Source: Acanthaster planci (taxonomy: Eukaryota). Taken from it: a stretch of 64,000 nt of DNA. Every line of letters begins with the position of its first letter. The first letter of the stretch is position 1. The notes beneath the pieces were generated by a model. The model was not told the DNA's origin, made no database searches, and was given only the letters and a program-made list of their open reading frames with translations. The stretch covers positions 3,512,431-3,576,430 of the forward strand of contig NW_019091359.1 in assembly GCF_001949145.1 (NCBI RefSeq). Direction: 5' to 3'. Positions 24,301 to 36,589 of the stretch are shown here, piece after piece. The position numbers and the translations under genes are program-made.

Positions 24301-27300
24301 ATGTGATTCAGTAAAACCCATTCAATGCAGTAAGCATTTTGGACACCTTTTTCATGATATTGACCAAGTTAAAGTTGACCATTTGTAGCAGAGAGTAATA
24401 CAAACTGAATCTGCATGAATCCTAGAAATCTACTGTCAGAAGTTGCATTTAGTTTAATACCACGGTGAATTTCACCTACTCACTAATCTAATAGGATTTT
24501 AGAATATTAATTTCAACATGCCGTCTTGGACAAGAATGCCCTGGGCTTCTGAACTAGATTTAGCTTTTGGAGGGTATACTTGTTTGGGTGTCACCCAAAC
24601 ATCTTGTAACAGCTATCAGGATTATATTGGTACACTTGCTGTATGCAGTGAGTCGGTTCTTGCTATGTGACCATTGCATGTACTTGGGAATGATTACTGC
24701 TGCCGCTAGCTGCATCCTCGTACATGGTCAGTAAATGGGCTCTCTCTTTAACTGACATAAATTCCTAAAGTTGTTCTTGAAACTGGAAGTTGGTATTCTG
24801 AGCATTTTTCTGAAGTACAGTAAACTCCAGCTAAGTCGGCACTCTTGGGACTCAAGAAATTATGATGATTTACGCGAATGCCGACTTTTGCTGTAAGTCA
24901 TCATTTTGCTGACTTACACGTACACATGTATTTTCTATGTACATTAGGATTCCTCGCAATATTTCAATGGCTTTGATTTACCCTGGTTTATTTCTTCCTC
25001 CGTGGTCGATCCCAGCAAATTCGTTCTCGATTATTATCCTCACGGGCTGCAAGTTCGATAATTGATCATGTGCCCCTAAGGACGAAGCAGGGACAGCGAG
25101 CCACTTACATATCACATCACGACTCGACAGTGCAGTACATTCATGTACATGGTATAGTTACGGTACAGAAAATATGTACTCATCCACGCACGCGCATTGG
25201 TTAAGTTCGTTCAATATAGTCTGGATACCAGACCCGATAATTCTGACTACCCGAAGGATCATCATCAAGGGTCGTCAGGGAGTCTTTGGGCAGGGAACCA
25301 GACTACGTTCAATAAGGTGACCTCCAAAATGGACAGAGCACATGCGTGTAGCACTAGAGAGGTTACTGGTATTGATGTACTCATGCTGGCTGCACTTGAC
25401 ACTTCTTGGCAACCGCAAGCAAAGGAAACTGATACCGAAGCACGATTTTTTTTTTAATGACGACTTACACAAAGGAATTTTTGTGGTTTTGTGGAAAAGG
25501 GACTGAGAAAAACATGCCGACTTATATGAAATGACGACTTATAAATGCCGAGTTAGAAATGAAATTTTCAATGGAAATGCATTACAGACGATCAGGACTT
25601 TTGTCAAACGGCCGACTTAGACGATATGACAGGTCACGTGATGCCGACTTAGTCAGAGTTTACTGTCTATCAATTCTGAAGTTGCTGATAGTTTACAACT
25701 TGGACTTGTCTCAGCAGTTGAAACAAACTACATCCAAACCCATGCAATGTTCCTGTAACAATATAACTTCATTAAAGTATAACATCAATAAAAATTACTA
25801 TCATTGTAAGTCCTGATGATCATCTCGGACTGTCATCTTTCCTTTTTAGGAGAAGATCAGGATCCACTATGAGAACAACAATCCTTTCCTTGTTGTTACC
25901 AGCATGACCCGTGTCATTGAGGTATCCCACTGGGGTAACATAGCAGTGGAAGAGACCTATGACATCTACCATTCAGGAGCCAAGTTGAAGGGGTCATTCT
26001 CTCGCTATGATTATCAGCGGATGCAGGATGGGTACTCATCCATCAAGTCCTTCAAGGTAAGGGTTAAGGATCTGGGTTGTTTTGGGGCCTCTCTTTCTGT
26101 GGCATATTTAACCTACTCCAAGGAACCTAGTGTGGACAAGCTTCTAGGATGAAGCATGCCAGTGATTGAATCTCTATTATTGGTTCACCTTGGTTGAGAT
26201 GGAATCTTAAGTAATGTCAACCAGTGATATTGTCTCAAGCTCTTACATTCCTTTGATCAGGTGTAATGAAAGCCTGTGATAAATAGGAGTGTATTCTATT
26301 AATCATGTTCAGACCTGCTGAAGAGAGCCCCCTAGTGTCCCCACACTCCTAATACTTAACAGGCGATAGCTTTTTTTTTTTACATGTTTTAATGTATAAA
26401 ATACAGAGATCTGTATTGAGAAGCTAAACAAAAATGTCTCAGTAGCTGGCTTCCACCTGTTTGTTTTCAAATCTTGTATAGACCATTTTGCCTGCCTCAG
26501 CAAAAGATGTGTACTACCGCGATGAGATTGGTAACATTTCCACCAGCAACCTGCTTGAACATGAGGATCACGTGGAGTTGGAGCTACGACCTCGATTCCC
26601 ACTGTTTGGTGGTTGGAAGACCCACTATGTCATTGGGTATAACCTGCCTAGCTATGAGAATCTCTATAATGCTGGTAAGTTGAATGACTTTCAGACTTAT
26701 GAGTGCATTCTGGACCGTAAATTAGGCAAATAAAATGGTAAGACAAAGCGTACAAGTACAAGCAATTTTGTGCTGCTTTTTTCAGTTTTTGATCAAACCC
26801 ATATCAATTTGTCTGAGAACATGCTGTCACTGGTCAAATGTCCTTAGCACAAAACAAGAGTAACAGCATAAACAGGATTTAGCTTTTTAGAATTTTTACT
26901 CAGGTATTTCCATTCAACATTTTGTCTGGCTGCATCTTGCTTTGGTTGGACGAATACTCAAAGTGGTTGGAAAATGTCTGATGACCAATGTCTGATAACC
27001 AGCTGTAAAATTAACTGCATTCCCTGTTCATGGAATGAAAAGCTTATGTTAATGTTTCCATTAATGTGACTGTCTTTGTAACTGTGCGTATTGATGGTTT
27101 GTGATGTGACAGACCTTGGCAAATATGGGAATTCCTGATTGTTAAAATTTAAATGTACCTTCAATAAGAACAATTTTATCATACAACACTAACACTTCAT
27201 ATTTCTTTCTAGTACATGCGAGATACATATCTTCATTCATGGTCTTATGATGACTCTCATTAAGTTTCATTAAGTTGAAAACTTTTGCCTTTTTCTGTAG

Positions 27301-30300
27301 GAGACAAGTACATCTTGCTTATGCGTCTTCTTGACCATGTCTTTGATGACATGGTTGTGGATGAACTCACTGTGAAAGTGATTCTCCCTGAAGGATGCAA
27401 GTAAGTAAATCTGTGCATCCAATACACATTGGTGTTAAGAGTTCAGTTACCAAAAAAGCTCCATCCTCTTTGAGTGATCCCCTTTTACCACTGCCTAGGT
27501 GTTCAACATTGATTATGGTGCTTGTATTGCGGCCTACAGCATGATCCATGGCCATATGGTGTAATAGGTTTATGACCTCTGGCTCATGCCCCCTGGCAAA
27601 GAAACTGATAAATGGGAGAACCAAAAATGCAGGACTTGGTAGCTGTAGGCGGCAGAGTGCCGGTATGGTGTTCCAGCAGTCATAACTTAAAAATATGGTA
27701 TTAGATTACGACAGTTTTAGAAAGCTGGATTGCATTCAAAATTATTCCTAGAAAAAAGCTGCTGTGTTCAGGGTTGTCATCCAAGCTTCTAGTTTAACTT
27801 TTCAGGCTTGCTGACATACCAAATGTTTGGATGAATTTGTTGACAGGGACATTGATTTAAAGACGTCCTTTGACATCGAGCGTAAGTCAGATGAGCTTCA
27901 TTTTACCTATCTTGATACCATTGGTCGTCCTGTCATTGTCGCTCGGAAGACCAACTTGGTCGAACAACACATTGCTGACTTTGAGGTTGGTATTCAATCA
28001 TAGGTCAGGATTGTGAATAGATTTAATTTGAATGGATACATCTCAAGTCACATGATGGAATTCGATGTTCTTGCTCCTTTTGTTTTTAAAGTTTAACCAT
28101 ATGCTGCCGGGTAGCCTGGTTTCGGGCACATAGGCTTTATACACAAAACTGGGGAGCCTGAAACCGGACAAAAGAGCTGGGCCTTGTCACAGAAGACTGT
28201 GCTCGGCACAAAAGACCGAGCTTCTGGGAATTGCCAACATTTTTTTCAGTTGTCAATAGCGGAGGAAATCCGTCCTTATTTTGAGAGATTATACCACTGT
28301 TTGCAGCATTCAGCATGAGCAGATTACCACCGGGGAAAAAAATGCTCCTGCTATGAGAATTACATACCGCTGCACGCTAATCTGGCCCCCATTGAAATGA
28401 AGTCAGTAGTGCACTGAGCCATTTTTTGGGTACAAAAGAAAGTTACATAAAACTGCACAATCTGGGCTCTTTTTACAAGGTGGAAGGCCTGGCTGAAATA
28501 CTCAGGCGTCAATAGATGATGTCTGTCAGATTAGAGTAGCAACCAGACAGCCATTTATGTGTGTAAAACGTCTAGTAAATGAAGCTATGATTTTTTTAAG
28601 AATTTTGAAAATGGAAAATCTTGAAAATCTCTTTGTTTTACGTCATGCAACTTCAAATTCCACCCTGCAGCAAGTAGTTTACATGTGTTTCTATATCTGT
28701 TATGTCTCCGCGTTTTTTTTTGGTCGTCAAAATTAAATATAAACATGATAATTACTTTGTGCAGGACTTGATTGTTGACTTCAACCATTTTGTCTTTGAG
28801 TCTTGATAACAGGATTTAAAAGAGACAGTTTTTGGTCATTAATTAATGGATTGAATTATCCTGTTCATTGATACTGATCTAGTAGATGTAGTTTGGTTGG
28901 ATCCATTGTTATTTCATCTAATCTGATTGGATATGATTGAATTTGTTCGACAGCTGCACTACTCCTTCAACAAGATCCTTCTTCTCCAGGAACCTCTCCT
29001 CGTTGTCGGTGCTTTCTTCATCCTCTTCTTTACTGTCATCATTTTGGTTCGTCTGGATTTCTCCATTGCTAAGGTAACGTGTTAAAATCCTAAAAGATCT
29101 CATCCATGAGGGACAAAATTACTTGGAAGTTTCTGTACTCTTTGCACTATAATTAGCTGTTCCCAATCTTGGGAACATCTTTTGTAATCGTTAAAGTTGT
29201 TTTTTTCTTTTTCTGCTGTTTTTTTCTAAGGGGCACTTTGGCAATTATTTTCAGTCTGATCAATTTCAAACTTAGTATAGTAATTAACCATCATCAGAAG
29301 ATGTGCCCCAAAACTTTTTGTAATTGTGACTTCATCAGGATTATGTGACCTCCATTCAAAATTTTATTCTTTACAATCTAATAACTGGTAAACTATTTGA
29401 CCGATTTAACTCAAATTTGGTATGCACATAGTCAGGGACGTGTTTTTATGAAAATTGATATCTTGACTTCATGTGACCTCTACTTCCGGTTTGATCGGAA
29501 CTTGTATTTTAACACACAAATCGTCATATCTCATGAACTATACGTTCAATTGCAGTGATATTTGGTTTTTTGTTATACAAGCAACTTTTGCAATTATTTG
29601 TGATCCAAGTGATTGCAAACTTATAATACTCGTTGACAGTCATCAAAAGACAATAAAAAACATTTTGGGAATAGCTTTGTGTTTGTTCACAAACACCACC
29701 TCGAGTTCTTCCTTAAGTCTGACACCTGCATGAATTAGTGTTGTCAGGTGGTGTTTTTTTGGGTCCTTCAATTAAAGTTTGGTCTATCCACTGTGAATTC
29801 CACAAAGAACGAGTGTGATGTATTTTGAATGAAATAATGGGTGATGTGCTAGTGTGATGACTTCAGTTGAAGTAGTATTTACGCTAATGGCCAATCCTTC
29901 ATTTTTCCTCCCCAATAGGTTAATATACACAAATACCTGTGGTCACATATTTGACTTGGTATAAACTCTGATTGTTTTCCCATGCCATAAATACTGAGAA
30001 TGATGAGGTTAATGTATCTTTATTTTGATGGAATGTTCTTTTCAGTTATTTTGATGACTTTCCACTGAAAGCGTAGTTTGTTTGGCAGCCAGCATAACAC
30101 AGTTCAAACTAACAGATTTGCAGTGTGCAGTTTGAAGTAGTGCTTTGACTGTTGTGTTTTTCAGGATGAAGCCAGTGAGTCACGCATGCGTATTGCTTCC
30201 TTGGTGGAATCTGTGGTGGAGGTGATTGAAAAGAAACGAACCTTGTATGGAAGCTATGATGATGCCATCACCAAGTTTAAGTCCACCAAGGATTCTACTG

Positions 30301-32265
30301 GTGAGCAATCAAGCTAAAAAGTCTGAAAAGAACTAACCTGTCCCCTTCTTGTTGTTTTCCAGATGGATTAAGACAAATTGTTTGGGTAGTCTCCACTCTT
30401 CAATTACACTGATGGTGAATAAATTACGTTTTTACTTCTGGTAACTGTTCAAAGTTTGGACGAGTTTTGATGGAACAAATCAATGGAGGATTTGTCAGCC
30501 TCCGTTTTTAATGGCCTCTTCCCCACGGATGGATAAAGGCAGACTTTTAGGAGAGTATTAAAATCTCTGGTCCCTTGTGATTGCAGGGCATGGATGGAAA
30601 CAATACTTTCGTAGTTTTTGAATGCTATTTTCAATTTTGTTAAATGTTTGGTTATGTTCAGTGCAAAAAATGACAACTGAGCTTGAGAACATTTTTTCCT
30701 CTCTAAGCTCCATTGGGTTTGGGAATTAGCCAGTGATTACGGTTGTGGGCCAAGCTTTTCTGTTCTTATATTTGACCAGTCACAGACTTGTCCATTAAAT
30801 CTTCATCTTTCCAAATCATGTTGAATCAAGCCATCATCATTTGCACAGGGACGCTTTGTCCTAATGTGATTCAAAGTATGAAAGCTGTATCATATCAATT
30901 GTTGGTGGATTCAGGAAAATCTCTGGCAAAAATACTAAGAGTGTTGAAGATAAAGATTTTAGCCGAGCTCTCTTCAGATACAGCTATCCATTTCAACTAA
31001 AGCTAGGCAATGCAAGTGCCAATCCATGTTGAGTGGAGTTTTCAAAACCTTTAACCCTAACTGCCCAAAACCTGCCATACTCCAACAGCAGGTTTTTGAG
31101 GTTTTGGCAGGTTTGGTACCGTACCTGAGGAACTTGTTGTTGAATTTTGTGATATTTGGGATGAAAGGCCCAGGGAGATGGTGTTGGATCCTGTGTGAGT
31201 TGGGACACACAGGGTTCATTGTGTGCAGTGTCTGGCTTGCTGTACCAATTGTTGGACTATGCTTGATTTTGTCAGGTTTGGTACTGTTCAGTGCAAGTCA
31301 TCCTATACTGCATAGACCCATCCATACCATATCACTCAAACTCCAACAGGCTCATTCTGTTGGAGTTTATCAGGTTTGGTACAGTAACCTGCATGTACAA
31401 GTACATAGACAAGTACATGCACCTGTTGGATTTTGTGAGGTTCAGTATGCTTTCTAGTGCAGGAGCCTAGGGGGTTAGAGTTAATAATTTTCTCAACATC
31501 CCCTTGCAACGTCCTCATTCTGATTGCTCCAGGCTTTCAGGCCACTCTGAAGAAATTGGATGCTGAAGGTCGTGCCATGGACAAGAGCATCCAGTCTACT
31601 GTAGCTAGTCTGAAACAGGAAGGATCAGATATAGCTGAAAAGGTTTGTCTAAGATAGCAAAGCTTTGAGAGAAGGAAACACAGCATCCCTGAGCCAAGGA
31701 ACAAACGAAAGGATGCAGATCTATTTATCATTCCAAGTATAACCCAAAATGCACGTGTTTCTATTGTGTTCACTCAGTAACATCAAATACAGAGTAGTTC
31801 TGCTGTAAAGTAGAACTCATTTTGGTCAATCCGTTACATTTTGTGCACAAACGCAGTATATATGGATTTAGAACACCAAGAGTGCATGTCAGTTTCCATT
31901 TCTGATAATGTGTCAACAGGAGTCAACATAACACCTTATTGTTAGCATTGTTTGGTGAAAAAAGTTTGGAGAGCATAGTTCAAAAGCCTTTATACTTCTG
32001 TAATTTCCTTGAACTTTGGGGGTCAATCAGTGCATCCCTCTGGTGCTGCATTTGAGATTTGTTTTGACCTTGCTTACAGGTTGGTGAACTGCAGAAGCTG
32101 GGTTCTTTGCTGAAGGAGTTTGCTCATACTGCAGTGACTAACGCTGAGAAGGTGGTAGCAAACAAACAATCCAAGCAACAATACCTGGATCTAGAGAAAG
32201 CCTTGACAGCCAAGCGTAACGATGTCAAGAGCAAAATGGATGCCATCTTGGCCACTCTATATTAA
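21305..32265 (+). CDS. RPN1: Dolichyl-diphosphooligosaccharide-protein glycosyltransferase subunit 1 (ribophorin I), 11 exons, 603 aa
   Basis: Exons 21305-21553, 23462-23523, 23978-24287, 25850-26056, 26482-26674, 27301-27400, 27847-27985, 28954-29073, 30165-30300, 31533-31642, 32080-32265. Total is 1812 nt, in phase. Signal peptide, then [57 protein letters not shown] and the TM segment [29 protein letters not shown]. Confidence 0.97.
22215..23115. mobile_element. Degenerate hAT-like non-autonomous element (RPN1 intron 1)
   Basis: TAGGGCTG at left and CAGCCCTA at right, with GAATATT subterminal repeats at both ends. TSD is not clean. Confidence 0.45.
24818..25665. mobile_element. 848-bp Tc1/mariner (pogo/Tigger-like) non-autonomous element (RPN1 intron 3)
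   Basis: 24-bp TIR: left CAGTAAACTCCAGCTAAGTCGGCA, right (reverse complement) CAGTAAACTCTGACTAAGTCGGCA. TA precedes the left end, and (G/C)CGACTTA motifs repeat near the right end. Confidence 0.8.
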
Positions 32266-34411
32266 ACTTGTTCAGACTTGTTCTCTTGGGCCCCCCTTTT
32301 ATAAAACAAAGTATTAAATATTTACTTTGCCAAGTCACTTTAGTGCACATGAAATTTAGGAAATTTTGTAAAGGTTCCATGTTTGATGTGGGATGTTTTT
32401 TTTGGGGGGGGGCACTGCATCATTTAAAAGTCAATAAATGGCCACAAGAGATGAATAGTTTGATTAATGTAATTACTTGATTCAATCAGCTCATGCAGCA
32501 CATTTTTATAGCAACCCAAATCAAGTACTATTGCATAATCAGTGGATTTCAATTTGTCTATGTTTGGTTTTTCTTTGGTATGTGGGTCTACTAGCAAATT
32601 TAGAAATTTCATCATTTTAGTGAAGTGGCAAAATAGCCAAAGATCACTTTTTCCATTCCTGCTTCTCAGAAGCACGTTTACATCAGTGCACTGTACATGG
32701 GCCTTTTACTGACATGACATAGTGAACACTTGAATTCCAATGCAGAGATACCAGCCAGTGTTCTTTGTGGCCTCTGTACAGAGAGTAAGGCTTACATCCA
32801 GATTTTTCCCCATATGAAGTACACAGGGACATGTTGACAATAGATGCAACCGTCACTCTGGAAGCCCGTTTTGGAGAGGCTTTCACTCTTACTGCGTAAC
32901 AAGTGTTTTCTTTTCATGCATGAAGACCATAATAAAGAGGATGTTGATCTCTGGTTTAAATGCAGTAGTTGGACAGTCTTACAAGCTTTTAGAGAGATTT
33001 TTTTTATCTCTGCTGGCAAAATGCTTATGTAGATTTGTTATGTTGGTAGGAGCTACTTTTTCATCCTCATGGGTCTCTTTAAATATTTTGAAGGAAAATG
33101 AGGACTATGTTTTTGGGAATTTCCATTATGAACTGCTAGGGTTGTGCTTTGTGACTTAAAGAGAAAAATATCTTGCAAAGTACATATGTAAAATGCAGAG
33201 ACGTGAGAAAATCTTCAAGACATGACAAAGTATGTGACAGAATGATAGTCAAGTTTGAACTATGTTGAAATAGCTTGATTTCTGTTAATAAAAAACAGTG
33301 GAAAAGATGTTAGAAAGCTTTGTCCATTGACATTTGCACAGATTATTTGGGGCTGAGTAGGGCTGTAGTACTCAGTTGCCACATACATGTAATTCTCTTT
33401 CAAGTTGCCAAATTTAAAATTTCCAACTAGCATTTTCATCCACACTGAGTCAAACTGGCTACTTTATACATTAGAATATAAATGTACAATGAATGGAATG
33501 TCAACATAGGGATTGGCTTGTGTGGGGTTCTGAATGTGATAATTGTTCAAACCAGAGTACTCTTGACAATAATAAGCAGCAATCACAGAGAACTTCACGA
33601 AACAAAAAAAGAGAAAACCAACACTTAAAATGTAGATGGTTAAAATCACAAATGTACCTCTTCAGAAGCTTTTACTTAACACAAATAAATTACATGGGTA
33701 AACATTTTAATAAAAAAAGGTTTTCAACAGAAACCTTAATATTATGTAGTTTATTACCAAGAGTCCTCCATTTTCGAGAGATGAACCCAAGATTTTAAAG
33801 GCAGGGGTACTGAGGCAGTGTTGGGGAGAGCAGCAAAAGGAGGCACAGCAGAAAGAAGGGGATGGGGGGTTACCATGCCATTCCAGTAAACACTGTCTTT
33901 ATAATTAGGGTTATGGAGTTGCCAATAGTCATAAAACCGAGTCGAGCTACTTGACGCAAAAGTTTTTCAGCCACAACTTCTGGTGTAGTTTGGAGTGTTA
34001 CGAATGACTCATACACGGTGTCACACAGAGCAGCTGAAATTCTAAAGTTGACTACATGGGAAAATGACCATTCATTTCGTCAAGAGTCCCTTTGATCCTT
34101 TCTGCCAATCCATCAACCCATACAAGTCAATCTGAAGTAGAACGCCCTTTGACACCCAACAATCCTGGTATGGCAACCGCTGTGTATATTTGTAGTGGTT
34201 TCCATAATGTTCTCACAGTAGCAGTTTACCGTGTGCACATTAATGCATCTACATCCTATGAAATGTGCAGGTGTTTAATAGGCCACATAGACACACCTCA
34301 GCTATTCAATGGTCGGAGGGATGAAAAAAAGTACCAGCAGAAGTTAGAAACAACTCGCAGGAGTTCTGAGAAGTTGGATAACGAGTCCTGATGAGAAGGC
34401 ATAAACCACTG

Positions 34412-36586
34412 TCAATGTACCACTGGGTTAAGAGGTTCTGCCTTGACATTGGATAAGTCTAGGGCACTATCAGTCTCCTCATCAATCTCACCGATGATGG
34501 CTCTGGAGACAAAAACAAAGTCAATTTTGATCAATTTGCAGTTTCATAATAATGTTTAACCAATGAGAAAGAAATACAAGTATCAACGGTCACTGTGGAC
34601 ATTATGCAGATCAGTTACCTGTCTGGCAGAAGAACATGTATTGCCTACCTGTTATTTTCTGACAAGTTAGAAACTACATGTACTTGGGAATAAGTCTATC
34701 CTGGTTAGAAACATGCTGCATTGATAGTCAAGTCATGCCAATATTATAAGAAAACATAAAAAAAGCTGTACCAATTAAGTCATTACTTGAACATACTTCA
34801 CAGGAATAGCTTCTGGCTAGAAGTACAAAAATGATAGTAGAAACAAGCAGTGCCAATTTTTGAAAATGAGGACTGCTTCACTGTATGCTCGTACAACACA
34901 CTGGAACGCAGGTTCCCTTTCTACAGAGCAATGTTCTCAAAAGCTAAAGTGTCTAACACTTACATGTTGTCACCTCTGATGATATACAGTCCCAACACCA
35001 CTTGCTCCACTCCTGAGGCGCTATTATAGACTCGCTCATGACTCTCATCTAAGATGAGGTTGATTGTCTGGTCAAAACCCTTTAGAGTTCCCTGAAAATT
35101 ATGGATGAAATAGTTTAAATGGTAAAAGAAACAGATGTCTAGTGGAGGGGGAAGAAGCTGATCTTCTTGACCTTATTAAATCTAAAGAATCTAATTATCA
35201 ATATTCTGCTTTTAAGTTTAAAGCGTAACTGTTTATAGTTGGTATTTGAATGATAGTACAACCATTTGCCCATCAGCTAAGCATTTCAAGATTCAAGGTC
35301 ATACTCTACATGCAAAAACAAAATATAAAATAAAAATGGCACACTTAACTATTTTAGGTTTACAGTGTATATAAAATACACCATAAATTCTAACATCAAA
35401 TTTCATTAATGCTTCAAATGTAGAGGCTGCCCGCCCGAGGCGGATTTCTCTTTATTTGAAAGTCCAGAAAACTAGAATTCGAATCTGTTCTTTCATAAAA
35501 TCCAGCTTAGAAAAATTCTTACCACGATTTGTCTACCATCATTTGTAATAACAGATACTGTGTCTGTATGTTAACTGGCCAAGGAAAACATCAAAGTAAT
35601 AAAGACTGGCATTTGTGGAAGAAATCTGTGATTATATGTACTTCTAGAAACAAAACAGCAGACAGTGTTCCATACACAGACATTACTAACTTTCCCCTGC
35701 AGTGGCATATCGGCCTAAAAACTCATATTTAGCAGGGAAAAATTGAAGCACTTTCTTAGAAAATACTCAGACCTTTCTCTTTGTGTTTGTGCACAGGGTG
35801 TCACTGTCAAGTGATGTCCTTATATGGAACTCTTTCCAAGGTACACCAAATATTCTGCCAATATACAATCTGCCATTATTTTGGAATTTCTGAAGATCAT
35901 GATGTAAGATTGTGCCCTAAGATCAACAATAGTGCAGTGATCAATCATGATGATCCTGAGGATCAACCTATCACTTCAGGAACCAGTCATACTTAAGTAC
36001 ATAGATATATGCAAATTCCACCCTTGACCAGCAACAACTACTTGAACTAGTCTACAACTGGCCCAGCACTGGTTGAACTTTTATCACATTCCTGCCAACC
36101 TTAGCTCCCTTTTTTGGTCAGATCTAAAGCTGCTACCAGTGTGAAGTTAGTTCCTTGTTCGACATTCAATGTTGAACAAGTAACCATTTGATCATGTTGA
36201 TATTTCAACGCTGAATAAGTAACCAGTCATGCCAGTTGACAATTCAGGGTACACACCCTAGAAATGATGGAGTGAAAAAGGGACAAAAAACCAAACTGAT
36301 CTGTCATTGGTTTAATGACATCAGAACCAGTTGTAATGAATAATAGTGCGAACCTGCACTGTGATCAGTTATTGCGATCCAGATCCGTCATGTCCGTGTG
36401 AAACAAACGCGATACGCCCTAAATTCACACCGCGCCGCCCAGGCGCTGGGCATGCTAGGCCAAGCCTGCAGGCGCGCCTAGCGCCTACGTCCGGAAATTG
36501 AACTTGGCTACGTAGGCAAAATGCAAAATTTACGGGACTTCTTTGAAAAGGATACGATTGATGTAACTTTCTAAGCCTGATGCCAT
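34412..36586 (-). CDS. LSM8: U6 snRNA-associated Sm-like protein LSm8, 4 exons, 96 aa
   Basis: Exons 36556-36586, 35523-35563, 34964-35091, 34412-34502 (291 nt) give MASGLESYINHTVSVITNDGRQIVGTLKGFDQTINLILDESHERVYNSASGVEQVVLGLYIIRGDNIAIIGEIDEETDSALDLSNVKAEPLNPVVH*. The ORF track misses this gene entirely. Confidence 0.96.
35564..36555 (-). other. U12-type (minor spliceosome) GT-AG intron, LSM8 intron 1
   Basis: The 5' splice site reads |GTATCCTTTT, the U12 consensus. The 3' end TTTCCTTGGCCAGTTAACATACAG| has no polypyrimidine tract next to the AG. Confidence 0.85.
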
Positions 36587-36589
36587 GAC

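Noticed and set aside
31026..31457. 143-aa hydrophobic ORF in RPN1 intron 9
   Set aside because: It has a non-ATG start and no recognisable homology, and it overlaps repetitive AGGTTTGGTAC/TGTTGGA motifs typical of a repeat remnant.
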